A DNA stretch of 42,194 nucleotides from Nemertoderma westbladi (taxonomy: Eukaryota > Animalia > Xenacoelomorpha): NCBI GenBank assembly GCA_032718475.1, contig JAUCBJ010002718.1, positions 1-42,194 on the forward strand, read 5' to 3'. Shown piece after piece: positions 22,593 to 33,633 of the stretch (the stretch's first letter is position 1; every line of letters starts with the position of its first letter). The notes beneath the pieces are model-generated. The model ran no database searches and was not told the origin of the DNA. It saw only the letters and a list, made by a program, of their open reading frames with translations. A program made the translations under genes and the position numbers.

Positions 22593-23986
22593 AGACAGAC
22601 AGACTGACTGAACCGCAGAACCGCGCACAAGTGGCACTACTACACACTACCTGACAACAGCAACAGGGCAACGCCCGCGCGCAATTTTTCAGCTGCGCAA
22701 TATTCAGATATTGGACAATCAGACAATACAGAAATATACCGTAGGCCCTACCGGTCTGCCGGTACCTGGGTACTGTGTACTGATATAGGCCTAGGTGCTA
22801 GGTAAGGTACCGGTACCGCGCACGCACCGAAAAAGAAAACGCGGACTGCAAGGGGGACGTCTATTTACACCAAAAACACACAAAAACACACAAAAACACA
22901 CAAAAACACACAAAAACACACAAAAACGCACAAAAACACACAAAAACACACAAAAACATACGGCACATAAATGAAATGCCTGCAAACCTGAATCTGAACG
23001 ATAATTAATTACAGAATTATCATTGTGGTTTGGGTTGTTGTCTGTTTGTATGCCTGTTTGTATGCATGTTTGTCTGTATGGTGTGGATGTACTTAATTGT
23101 AATCCAAAACGCAAATAATTATTGCTGAAATAGGCATAGTCCAGTAGTCTACGCTCGCTACAGGTACCTTCAGTATAAATTAGATCATTGATGCCCTCGA
23201 TCCTCTGTGGAATTCCCATAGAACATCACATTGTCTAGGCGGATGCATTGCGCTTATTCCATCTAAACATTACTAATGATTGTGATCAGGTTATGGTTGA
23301 TATAAGTTGATGATGCCTTTGATAAATTGCGCAAACTGCGATTATTACAGTGGACAGTGGTTGCGTTTCCCCAACATCTCTTTCCAAGCTTGGTGAGAAT
23401 AACTCTTCCGGGAAGAAAAATATACTCGATTTATGACTACCATCATCCTGTCATCTGATACATCATATGTTGACGTCACAGTGAATTCTCCCTGAATCTG
23501 AAACTACAGTACTAGCTCGATTCATTCATACTTTATCATTATACACACTGTGTCTGTATTTCATATTCCCTATCCTATGCGTAATATTATTATGGTGTCC
23601 GGATATTGCAAATAATAATAATTGTGTAAAGAAATATTATACTGCATTTTTTTGTAAGAGTTGGGTCCAAAGGTGCCAAATTATGGTTGAATTGAATGGC
23701 CGTTGTAAAACTAATTATTTGTTACATGCAGACATGGGAAAGCAAGACCAGTTATAAACCTCACTGCTTATATGTTCTAAGTTTTTTTTCCATATGTAAT
23801 AGGTCTACGTAATTTTATTCTTAAATTGGTACTTCATTGTTGCTTAATTCTTTAATAAAAGATAGAGCGATTGCGATATTGTGTTACAAAATAAATTGAA
23901 CTGTTTTTCACATAAATATACTGTACAAGAGTAATAAACACTAATAGTGCTACTTTTCATACAATAATGTAAATAGTTATTATAAT

Positions 23987-25012
23987 TTGTGTGTTTTATA
24001 TGTTTTTGTTTGTTTTTGTGTGTTTTTGTTTTTTTTGTGTGTTTTGTTTCTTTCTACATGTTTTGTTTGTTTTTGTTTGTTTTGTTTGTTTTTATTTGTT
24101 TTTGTGTGTTTTTGTTTGTTTTTGTGTGTCTTTGTTTGTTTTTGTGTGTTTTTGTTTGTTTTTGTGTGTCTTTGTTTGTTTTTGTGTATCTTTGTTTGTT
24201 TTTGTGTGTTTTTGTTTGTTTTGTGTGTTTTTGTGTGAATTGTATGTTTTTGTGTGAATTGTATGTTTTTGTGTGTTTTTGTTTGTTTTGTGTGTTTTGT
24301 TTCTTTCTACATGTTTTGTTTGTTTTGTTTGTTTTTATTTGTTTTTGTGTGTTTTTGTTTGTTTTTGTGTGTCTTTGTTTGTTTTTGTGTGTTTTTGTTT
24401 GTTTTTGTGTGAATTGTATGTTTTTGTGTGTTTTTGTGTGAATTGTTTGTTTTTGTGTGTTTTTGTTTGTTTTTGTGTGTGTTTGTTTGTTTGTCTGTTT
24501 GTTTGTTGTTTGTTTGTTTTGTTTGTTTTTATGTTGTTTGTTGTGTGTTGTTTGTTTGTTTGTTGTGTGTCTTTGTTTGTTTGTTGTGTGTTGTTTGTTT
24601 GTTGTTTGTGTGTTTGTGTTTGTTGTTTGTGTGTTGTTTGTGTGTTGTTTGTTTGTTTGTGTGTTTGTTGTGTGTTGTTTGTTGTTTGTGTGTTTTTGTG
24701 TTTGTTTGTTTGTTTGTTGTGTTCTGTTTGTTTGTGTGTGTTGTTTGTTTGTTGTTTGTTTGTTTGTGTTTGTTTGTTGTGTTGTTTGTTTGTTTTGTTT
24801 GTTTGTTTGTGTTTTTGTTTATTTGTTTTTGTGTGTTTTTTGTTTGTTTTTTGTTTTTTGTTTGTTTGTTTCTTTTTTGTTTTTTGTTTGTTTTTTATTT
24901 GTTTTTGTGTGTTTTATTTGTTTTTTGTGTTTTTGTTTGTTTTTTGTGTGTTTTATTTGTTTTTGTTTGTTTTTGTGTGTTCTGTGTGTTTGTTTGTTTT
25001 TCTGTTTTTTGT
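23987..25012. repeat. T/G-rich simple-repeat array (TGTGTTTTTG / TGTTTGTTTT) inside the foldback
   Basis: The array is regular to ~24430 and irregular afterwards. It is mirrored by a C/A-rich array at ~25470-25827 and is the source of the spurious F/V/C/L-rich ORFs. Confidence 0.95.
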
Positions 25013-25069
25013 ATTGACCCACTTCCCATTGATTTATTGACCTACTTTATCGCCAATTTTACGAATATA

Positions 25070-25238
25070 ATACTTATATTATTTATATTATATTTATATT
25101 ATATTTATATTATATTTATATTATATTTATATTATATTTATATTATATTTATATTATATTTATATTATATTTATATTATATTTATATTATATTTATATTA
25201 TATTTATATTATATTATATTTATATTATATTATACTAT
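25070..25238. repeat. (TTATA/TTTATA)n AT microsatellite in the foldback spacer
   Basis: An 11-bp unit TATATTATATT is reiterated. Confidence 0.95.
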
Positions 25239-27883
25239 ATAGAACTATCGCCTACCATGACCTATTATAAATACAACAGTAAGCTGCAGCAGCCCACTAA
25301 ATTAGTGGGACGTTTGTACTTATAAACCGGTGGTCATTAGACCTACTCTTGGCCGCTGGCACTAAATATATATTCTACTATATATACTAATATATATGTA
25401 TATTCTACTGTATAGAGATCTAGGACCATCAGGACTCTGCCGCAACGACGGGGAGCGTGTAGACATAAAGAAACAAAACGCACTAAAACAAACAAAAACA
25501 CACAAAAACAAACAGAAACACACAAAAACATACAATTCACACAAAAACATACAATTCACACAAAAACATACAATTCACACAAAAACACACAAAACAAACA
25601 AAAACACACAAAAACAAACAAAGACACACAAAAACAAACAAAGACACACAAAAACAAACAAAAACACACAAAAACAAACAAAGACACACAAAAACAAACA
25701 AAAACACACAAAAACAAATAAAAACAAACAAAACAAACAAAAACAAACAAAACATGTAGAAAGAAACAAAACACACAAAAACAAACAAAAACACACAAAA
25801 ACAAACAAAAACATATAAAACACACAAATTATAATAACTATTTACATTATTGTATGAAAAGTAGCACTATTAGTGTTTATTACTCTTGTACAGTATATTT
25901 ATGTGAAAAACAGTTCAATTTATTTTGTAACACAATATCGCAATCGCTCTATCTTTTATTAAAGAATTAAGCAACAATGAAGTACCAATTTAAGAATAAA
26001 ATTACGTAGACCTATTACATATGGAAAAAAAACTTAGAACATATAAGCAGTGAGGTTTATAACTGGTCTTGCTTTCCCATGTCTGCATGTAACAAATAAT
26101 TAGTTTTACAACGGCCATTCAATTCAACCATAATTTGGCACCTTTGGACCCAACTCTTACAAAAAAATGCAGTATAATATTTCTTTACACAATTATTATT
26201 ATTTGCAATATCCGGACACCATAATAATATTACGCATAGGATAGGGAATATGAAATACAGACACAGTGTGTATAATGATAAAGTATGAATGAATCGAGCT
26301 AGTACTGTAGTTTCAGATTCAGGGAGAATTCACTGTGACGTCAACATATGATGTATCAGATGACAGGATGATGGTAGTCATAAATCGAGTATATTTTTCT
26401 TCCCGGAAGAGTTATTCTCACCAAGCTTGGAAAGAGATGTTGGGGAAACGCAACCACTGTCCACTGTAATAATCGCAGTTTGCGCAATTTATCAAAGGCA
26501 TCATCAACTTATATCAACCATAACCTGATCACAATCATTAGTAATGTTTAGATGGAATAAGCGCAATGCATCCGCCTAGACAATGTGATGTTCTATGGGA
26601 ATTCCACAGAGGATCGAGGGCATCAATGATCTAATTTATACTGAAGGTACCTGTAGCGAGCGTAGACTACTGGACTATGCCTATTTCAGCAATAATTATT
26701 TGCGTTTTGGATTACAATTAAGTACATCCACACCATACAGACAAACATGCATACAAACAGGCATACAAACAGACAACAACCCAAACCACAATGATAATTC
26801 TGTAATTAATTATCGTTCAGATTCAGGTTTGCAGGCATTTCATTTATGTGCCGTATGTTTTTGTGTGTTTTTGTGTGTTTTTGTGCGTTTTTGTGTGTTT
26901 TTGTGTGTTTTTGTGTGTTTTTGTGTGTTTTTGGTGTAAATAGACGTCCCCGACTGCAAGCAATTCCATTCATACAACACTCACTGCAACAGTCAGACAG
27001 TAGGTCTACAAAGACTGAAAGATCCGGGCCGGCTGTCCGGCCCTGCTGCGGGCTGCCCCGCCAGCCCGCCAGCCAGCCAGCCGTAAGACAATTTTATACT
27101 CTGATTGTGGGGAGTCTGATACCGAATTTCGTAGCATTTGATTAAAATTATATAGGCCTAGGCCAGTATGCGTAGGCCTACCAGCCTACCCCATACCGGT
27201 ACGCAGAACATACAGCCTGACAGCGGTCTGGCGGTAGCGCTAGCGGTACCGCACCGCAGTACACATTACCGGGCACCCAAAAAATATCACTGGCTGACTG
27301 GTACCGGTACCAACTACAAAACTAGTACTGCTGTACTGTAGTAGGACGTACGGTACTGACAGACTGACTGAATACTGCTGATACTACCCACACAGGACAG
27401 GCAGACAGGACAAGGCCATGACTGAGACCTACCCGCTACCCACCTACACCAGCTTACTGAGTACTGCAGTAGGCCTACTGCAGTACTGACATACCTAGAC
27501 CTACCTCGCTACCTACTCAAAAAGACAACAAAATTATACAGTTATAAATCCTGTAACCTGGCACCAGCCACAAATTTAAATCTGTGAATATTCCAATTCC
27601 AATACTGCAATGTACAGATGTATCAGCCAGCACCTAACCTAAAATTGTATAACAAAGGATGCTGGATGCATGGGCTCTGGCATTCTGGGCCGGATCAAAG
27701 CAAATTACAAGGTTGAGGCGTGATCGTGACGCGTGACTCATACCTGCATGGTGAGTCACCACCCTACACATGTGCTGCCGCACACCCAGCGAGCCGGGAA
27801 CCGAACCGCGCATGTGCAGAATATCAGATTTTCACATTTCGGTAGAAATTTTATTGGAAGTTTATATACATATGAATAAGAAG

Positions 27884-28653
27884 GGGTGTAAACGGTGTGC
27901 CGACAGTGTCGGCGTTACGTTGTGCCGACGGTGTCGGCGTTACGTTGTGCCGGTAGTGTCGACGTTACGTTGTGCCGATAATGTTAACATTTTTATTTCT
28001 CATTTCATTTTCAACATTTTCAAAAAAAAAATTAAAATTTCAGCATGAAAAAGAAATCTCGGTTTGTAAAACATAGGTAGGCCTCTAAATGTTTCCAAGA
28101 TACAGATGAATTAAAAAAATATATAAATGACAGGTACGCTGACAGGTAGTTTGTATACAATGGTTAGTCTAGTGGTATTGAAGCGGTAAGCCAGCAGTAC
28201 ACTACCCGGAGCCCGTTCACACCCAGCGGCACCGTTGCGGTTACCGATTGTCTCTGTCGTCTGCGAATTCAACAGGAAATTACATTAATTTTTTAACATT
28301 GTTCCAATGGGCTGCGGTAAAACACACGGTGTACCGCACAACTACCTGTTGGCGTTGGGTCGTTCAGTCAGCGGTGATCAAAATCATTTACCGTACAGTC
28401 TTTATCACATATCTATCCTACAGTCTAGTATTTAGGTTTTAGCCCGCCAAACTGTCGGCACAATGTAACGCCGACACTGTCGGCACAACGTAACGCCGAC
28501 ACTGTCGGCACAGCGTAACGCAGATACTGTCGGAACAACGTAACACCGACACTGTCGGCACAACGTAACGACGACACTGTGGGCACAATGTAACGCCGAC
28601 ACTGTCGGCACAACGTAACGCCTACCGACACTGTCGGCACAGCGTTTACACTC
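27884..28653. mobile_element. Foldback MITE whose TIRs are arrays of a 25-bp palindromic unit; decayed 9-bp TSD
   Basis: Ends GGGTGTAAACGGTGTGCCGACAGTGTCGG / CCGACACTGTCGGCACAGCGTTTACACTC; unit GCCGACACTGTCGGCACAACGTAAC. Flanks AATAAGAAG and ATGAAGAAG match 7/9. Confidence 0.75.
28166..28378 (-). mobile_element. Nested, truncated inverted copy of the 7948-8225 MITE
   Basis: Reverse complement of ~7975-8190, e.g. GAATTCAACAGGAAATTACATTAATT and GGTATTGAAGCGGTAAGCCAGC. Confidence 0.8.
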
Positions 28654-28934
28654 ATGAAGAAGTTGCATTTATTTATATTTCTCCTTATAAGTGTTTATTA
28701 GCGATTGTCTCTTATAACTGTACTGTATAACATGTATACAGTAGATACTAATTCTTTTATTGTTTTTGTTGGATGCGGCCCATCTGTCACCTGGGGTTTT
28801 AATTAAAATGTGTTACTCTTCACCTGTTGGTAAACTGCAACGTGAAATATAAAGACTAAATTATGTTACACAGTACTTCACATGGGCCCAGCGAACGCCC
28901 ACCATCTGACAATCCAGCATACATAGCCATGCCC

Positions 28935-29330
28935 GAAATGGTGCCTTCGCGCAGCACGTGATATAAAAGTACAGTTCAACACGTCACTCGTCATGTCAAC
29001 TCACGTTACATGTCTCACGCTCATGTTTACATGTTTCAAGTTACATGTCAACTCAAATTAATTATAAGCAATTTATAATTAATTAAATTATAAAGTATTA
29101 AAAATAATAATAATAACAGAAATCAGGAAGAAAGTATTATAAACTATAATACAACATGGCTGAAGGTGTCGCCCTTTAGAGGTAGGCTGGAGAACTGCAG
29201 ATGGATTAGCATCACCACAAAGACGCAGCCTACAGTATGGATGGTTAAGTACCGAAAATGTGATTGTTACGCTTAGATAAATATTTGCTAATTTGCTTAA
29301 ACTGTGCCCAACGAACGGAATTTGGCCCAT
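28935..29330 (+). mobile_element. Diverged fragment of the 4030-5316 element family
   Basis: Shares GCCTTCGCGCAGCACGTGA (4041 and 28944), CTGGAGAACTGCAGATGGATT and CCACAAAGAC(A/G)CAGCCTA. Confidence 0.65.
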
Positions 29331-30446
29331 TATCACTATCATTAGGCAACTTTAGTTTTTTTCTACCAACTTTACAAACATTATGGGAAACCTTTGCTTT
29401 TGGGGATATGTTGTTATAAATGAACTTACATACCAGGGGCCAGTTGCATAAATCTAACTTAAACATTAGGGGTGGGGGCGGGGGTCACCTTTTGGAGACA
29501 CCTCCAGTTTTTGAAATAGTTTTGTTGTATATATGCATTGAAATTATACACACTTGTGACTTAGTTACGGTAGTTCTTGACCCCCCTAGAGCCTATGACG
29601 TCCACTGCACGTCACCATGGACAGCACTAAGACGTGCAGTGGACGTCATGCTGGAATACATTTTTTATTGGAAGGCTCTTGGAGTAGGTATACTGGTGGA
29701 TAGTATTAATGACATTTAGTGCTCTTCATGGCAAAAAATCCATTCTGTGCTGTAGATAGGCTGTATTGTAGACTGTATTGTTAGTGGTAGGTATATGGCG
29801 TAATGCCAAACACCTAGTACAGTAGTACAGACTGACAGAAAGACCGACAGACAGACAGACTAGATTTATGTAAACGTAAAAATTGCATCAGAAATGAAAT
29901 CAGCATCAGTCTAAGTATAATTTTAGCTATGGGGATTTTTAAGGTCGGTGATTTCTTTGTAGATTTCATTTTTGATGTTTGGCAAAATCTAGTCTGTCTA
30001 TCTTTCAGGAAACACATTTTACTGGTAACGTAATGTTAATTTGATTGAAATTAAAACATGCCATAGTAAATCGTTATATATCACGAAAAGTAAACATGAT
30101 GAGAAGCAATGACCTACATTTTCGGATTCCCCATTAAATTCTGCACCAAAATCAACCAAACAAGTATATAAAAGGCCAGTGAAAGGTGACCCCCCCCCCC
30201 CCCCCCATTTTTGTCAAACTTAGAGCAATTTTTCGAATTAAATAGGTAAGTCCAACTTAGGCCTACATAGAAATCAGCCTAGCCCCTACTGTACTGTAAG
30301 TCAGTTGCATAAACACTTATTACTCCAACTAACCAGGCTCCCATTATTATAACATTCACCAATATAAAAAAAACAATATTAATTTTTTTTATTTTCAAAA
30401 AATATTAGAAAAAACAACACAAGCTACCATAAAAAATATCTACTGA

Positions 30447-30668
30447 GGTTCTAGAACACTAACCAATGTCCAATAACATTCAAAACACAATAAATAAGGG
30501 TTAAAAACTCATTCGGCGGGCTACAGTCCAGGGGGCTACTGTCCGGGGGGGGGGGGGGGGGGCTACTGTCCGAGGGGCTACTGTCCCGGGAGACTATTGT
30601 CCGGGGGCTACTGTCCGGGGGGCTGCTGCCCCGGGAGACTATTGTCCGGGGGCTACTGTCCTAGAACC
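30447..30668. mobile_element. Asymmetric MITE with a GGGGCTACTGTCC tandem array (MULE-like)
   Basis: Ends GGTTCTAGAACACTAACC / GGCTACTGTCCTAGAACC, with about nine short repeats in the right arm only. The TSD is not cleanly preserved. Confidence 0.55.
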
Positions 30669-31949
30669 ATTACAGACACTCTTTGACTAAATGTATTCGT
30701 GTTTAGTAATAATTTACGTAAGTGATACAATTAAATTAATATACACAATAAAACTATTTTGGCACGATTGGATAATATTTAAAACGATGTACATGAATAT
30801 AGTTTAGGCCTACTCTCTCCCTTACCCAATCACTCTATCAACTGATAAACCACGTACACTTGCTTATTATATCTGTTGCGGGCTAATCCAATGGTTCAAT
30901 CAGTTCTGTAAGCTTACTTACCCCTTTGTTGTATGACAACAGTAAAGTATTAGGCCTATGCGTATAGTGCGGTTTCTCTCTCAGTATTTCTAAGATACCG
31001 CATTGTTATCAGTTTAAACTGAAATCAACTGTACAGTTAGTTATGTACAATAGAGATGATACAAAGTCTAAATAAATATTAAATCAACTAAAGCACTACA
31101 AACAAATAATGATATTCGTTAATATTATTTAGTATTGTACGTATATTACGCGTGGAATAATATAGGCCTACCTACTATATATTTTGTCTCCCATGACATT
31201 AACCCATGACCTTTATCTTTAAGACAAGCGCCAAAGTTGACTTGTCCCCAAGGTTTGTCTACTAAATGAATGAATTTCCAATCCTGTGACTTTATCTTAC
31301 AACTTTACTTTACTTACTTCAAGATCCGATTATGTTTACCTTATAAAAATGTCTGGAATTATCATGACCACTCTACCAAGGTTACCCACGCAGGCTGTAG
31401 CAGCAGGGACGGATATGAATTTTCGGGCTCCAGGCAATCCTAACTTTCCACCCCCACCATATATAAAAAAATTGGGTCACCGTTGATAAAAAGTAATTAT
31501 TAACAATAATAAATGTTCATAATAATAAATTGTCCATATAGTTGCTTTTAAGTACCACTGTACCTAAAGGCCAGCTCCATATCCTTGTTTTAATATTTTC
31601 ACTGTTTCCTACCATTACACCATCCAAAAGACGTTATTTCTATAATTAGGTACGACTGACATACTGGGCATAACATCGAACACGTGTGGAGTAGTGACAT
31701 ACTCATAAATAAGGTGGGACTGTAATAATAATAAAGTTGGAAAATATATCGGTAAACCAATTAGTCATACTGAATAGCGGGCGCGTTCATCATCACATAC
31801 ATAATTTATTTTCATGTTAAGTGGACAAGTGTACTTTATTCCTAAAAATAGCCTTTTTGCAGCTTGAAAATTGGGGTTAATTTAATGAAATAAATTACAT
31901 ATCCTGATTTCTATGGGACACTTTATCCCGCCGTGATTTTCATAATTTC

Positions 31950-32860
31950 GGTTAGGAGGCTGGGCTCTGTTTGGGTTAGGAGGGTGGGCGTTGTTTGGGT
32001 TAGGAGGGTGGGCGTTGTTTGGGTTAGGAGGCTGGGCGCTGTTTGGGTTAGGAGGGTGGGCATTGTTTGGGTTAGGAGGCTTGGCGTTGTTACGGTTAAC
32101 CCTATCCACACCGGGGGGGGGGGGGGGGGGACTTTTGGAGACGCACTTTATTTGATTGCTTGGTTCAAAGCCAAACCACATTTATTGCAAGTGAAATTCC
32201 GTTACTTTTCCTAAAATTTATTATTCTATTATTAAAACAAAAATTAATTTTCATATTATTATTTATGACCATGAAAATGACACGTAAACTGACAAGTCTC
32301 TGAAACTGTCATATTATTGGCTGAACTATTGTAGGAGGAGGGAAATTTAAAATGATATGAAATATAAATGGATGTTGTTCAATTTAAACATAATTATAGT
32401 ATATAAATATTATATTTGAGCATTAGTGTGTGGCATATTTGAAAAGAGGAATAAATTTTGTATCTAAAACTTTTTACTTTAAAGTAATATCATCACACCA
32501 CACAAAGTTATATGCTTCCAAACTTTACGTCCCCCCCCCCCCCCCCCCCCCCCGGTAGTTTGAGCGTCTAAAGTACCCCGGTATGGATAGGGTTAAGATG
32601 CTGGGCGCGGTGTGGGTGCTGGGTGTTGTTTGGGTTAGGATGCTGGGCGTTGTATGTGTTAGGAGGCTGGGCGTTGTTTGGGTTAAGAGGCTGTGTGCTG
32701 TGTGGGTTAGGAGGTTGGACGTTGTTTGGGTTAGGAGGCTGGGCGCTGTTTGCGTAGGAGGGTGGGCGTTGTTTGGGTTAGGAGGTTGGGCATTGTTTGG
32801 GTTAGGGGGCTGGGCGCTGTTTGGGTTAGGAGATTGGGTGTTGTTTGGGCTAGGTTTAGC
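31950..32860. repeat. 24-bp G-rich minisatellite split into two blocks by an insertion
   Basis: Unit GGGTTAGGAGG(G/C)TGGGCGTTGTTT at ~31950-32095 and ~32597-32860. Confidence 0.9.
32100..32592. mobile_element. piggyBac-like MITE, 493 bp, TTAA TSD
   Basis: TTAA|CCCTATCCACACCGGGG ... CCCCGGTATGGATAGGG|TTAA, with TTAA at 32096-32099 and 32593-32596. CCC/GGG ends with TTAA are the piggyBac signature. Confidence 0.85.
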
Positions 32861-33633
32861 CCAAACTGACATACGATTCTACATAGGATACAAGGTTAAA
32901 ATTAAAGGGCTTAATTAAATCCGCCATTTCAACCGTTTCCTCATGATTTTACGAAAAATCCCGCCACTTTATTTAGCCCAAAAATTTTCGCACGCCAATC
33001 TACTTGTTACAATATAACATTTCCAATGGACGTTGGGTTGGAGTAGGAGGACTTCACCATCTTTATTTTTTTCCCAACTTCTTACTAAGTTAATAAAGGT
33101 TCCCTGGGGTTTTATGAACAATAAAAAAACGCATGTGTTATAAACCCGTTAAGAAATATTATTACATACAAGATACAATATGTAAAAGTTAGTTCGAAAG
33201 TGCAAACAACGATAATGAACAGGGTTGCGTTTAAATGTTTAAAACATACGAAGTAAATACTACTAGTAAAGTTACTAAAAGAGTTAAATACCAACACACA
33301 CGCCCTAAAGCATCTCAACCCACCCAACATTGAGTGACCTTTTGTACAAGTGGAGGTGTTTTCGAGAAGATTATTTCTTAGTCAAACCCAGTAGGAATAT
33401 CATGTAGATTACTTTGCAATATTAATTAACTTTCCGAATCTACAATTTATACTACATACATACTGAACTGACCCAAGACAATGATGATATCGTTATTTAC
33501 TTAGAAATGTTTTTTTGTTAACTTTACAACCGAGTTTGTACCTTTGGATAGAAAGAGCACAGCTTTATTTTACTAAGTCCCTTAACAAAACAACTTATAA
33601 TATCTCCAAATTTAATTTACCAAATAAGATTTA

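Larger units (their letters stand above)
22853..26951. mobile_element. 4.1-kb foldback element with ~1.4-kb near-perfect arms and a perfect 9-bp TSD (MULE-like, non-autonomous)
   Basis: Ends GGGGACGTCTATTTACACC / GGTGTAAATAGACGTCCCC; TSD GACTGCAAG at 22844-22852 and 26952-26960. 22853-23987 mirrors 25827-26951 apart from one 10-bp unit, and the mirror continues into the T/G-rich arrays. No transposase ORF is present. Confidence 0.93.

Noticed and set aside
22791-23219. Duplicated 142/114-aa ORF (also 26595-26939) as a gene pair or transposase
   Set aside because: The duplication simply reflects the mirrored arms. The ORF runs into the 10-bp repeat array and shows no DDE or other motif I can recognise.
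24430-25012. Irregular T/G tract as a distinct biological signal
   Set aside because: The abrupt loss of periodicity inside a long palindrome could be consensus error. It cannot be interpreted without reads.
23987-25827. Hydrophobic F/V/C/L-rich and K/Q/T/N-rich ORFs
   Set aside because: These are translations of T/G and A/C simple repeats.
27770-27820. tRNA gene suggested by a minus-strand B-box-like GGTTCGGTTCCC
   Set aside because: No cloverleaf could be built; at most a decayed SINE head.
31882-32918. Pro/Asn-rich repeat proteins (NNAHPPNP)
   Set aside because: These are translations of a 24-bp minisatellite that is interrupted by a MITE.
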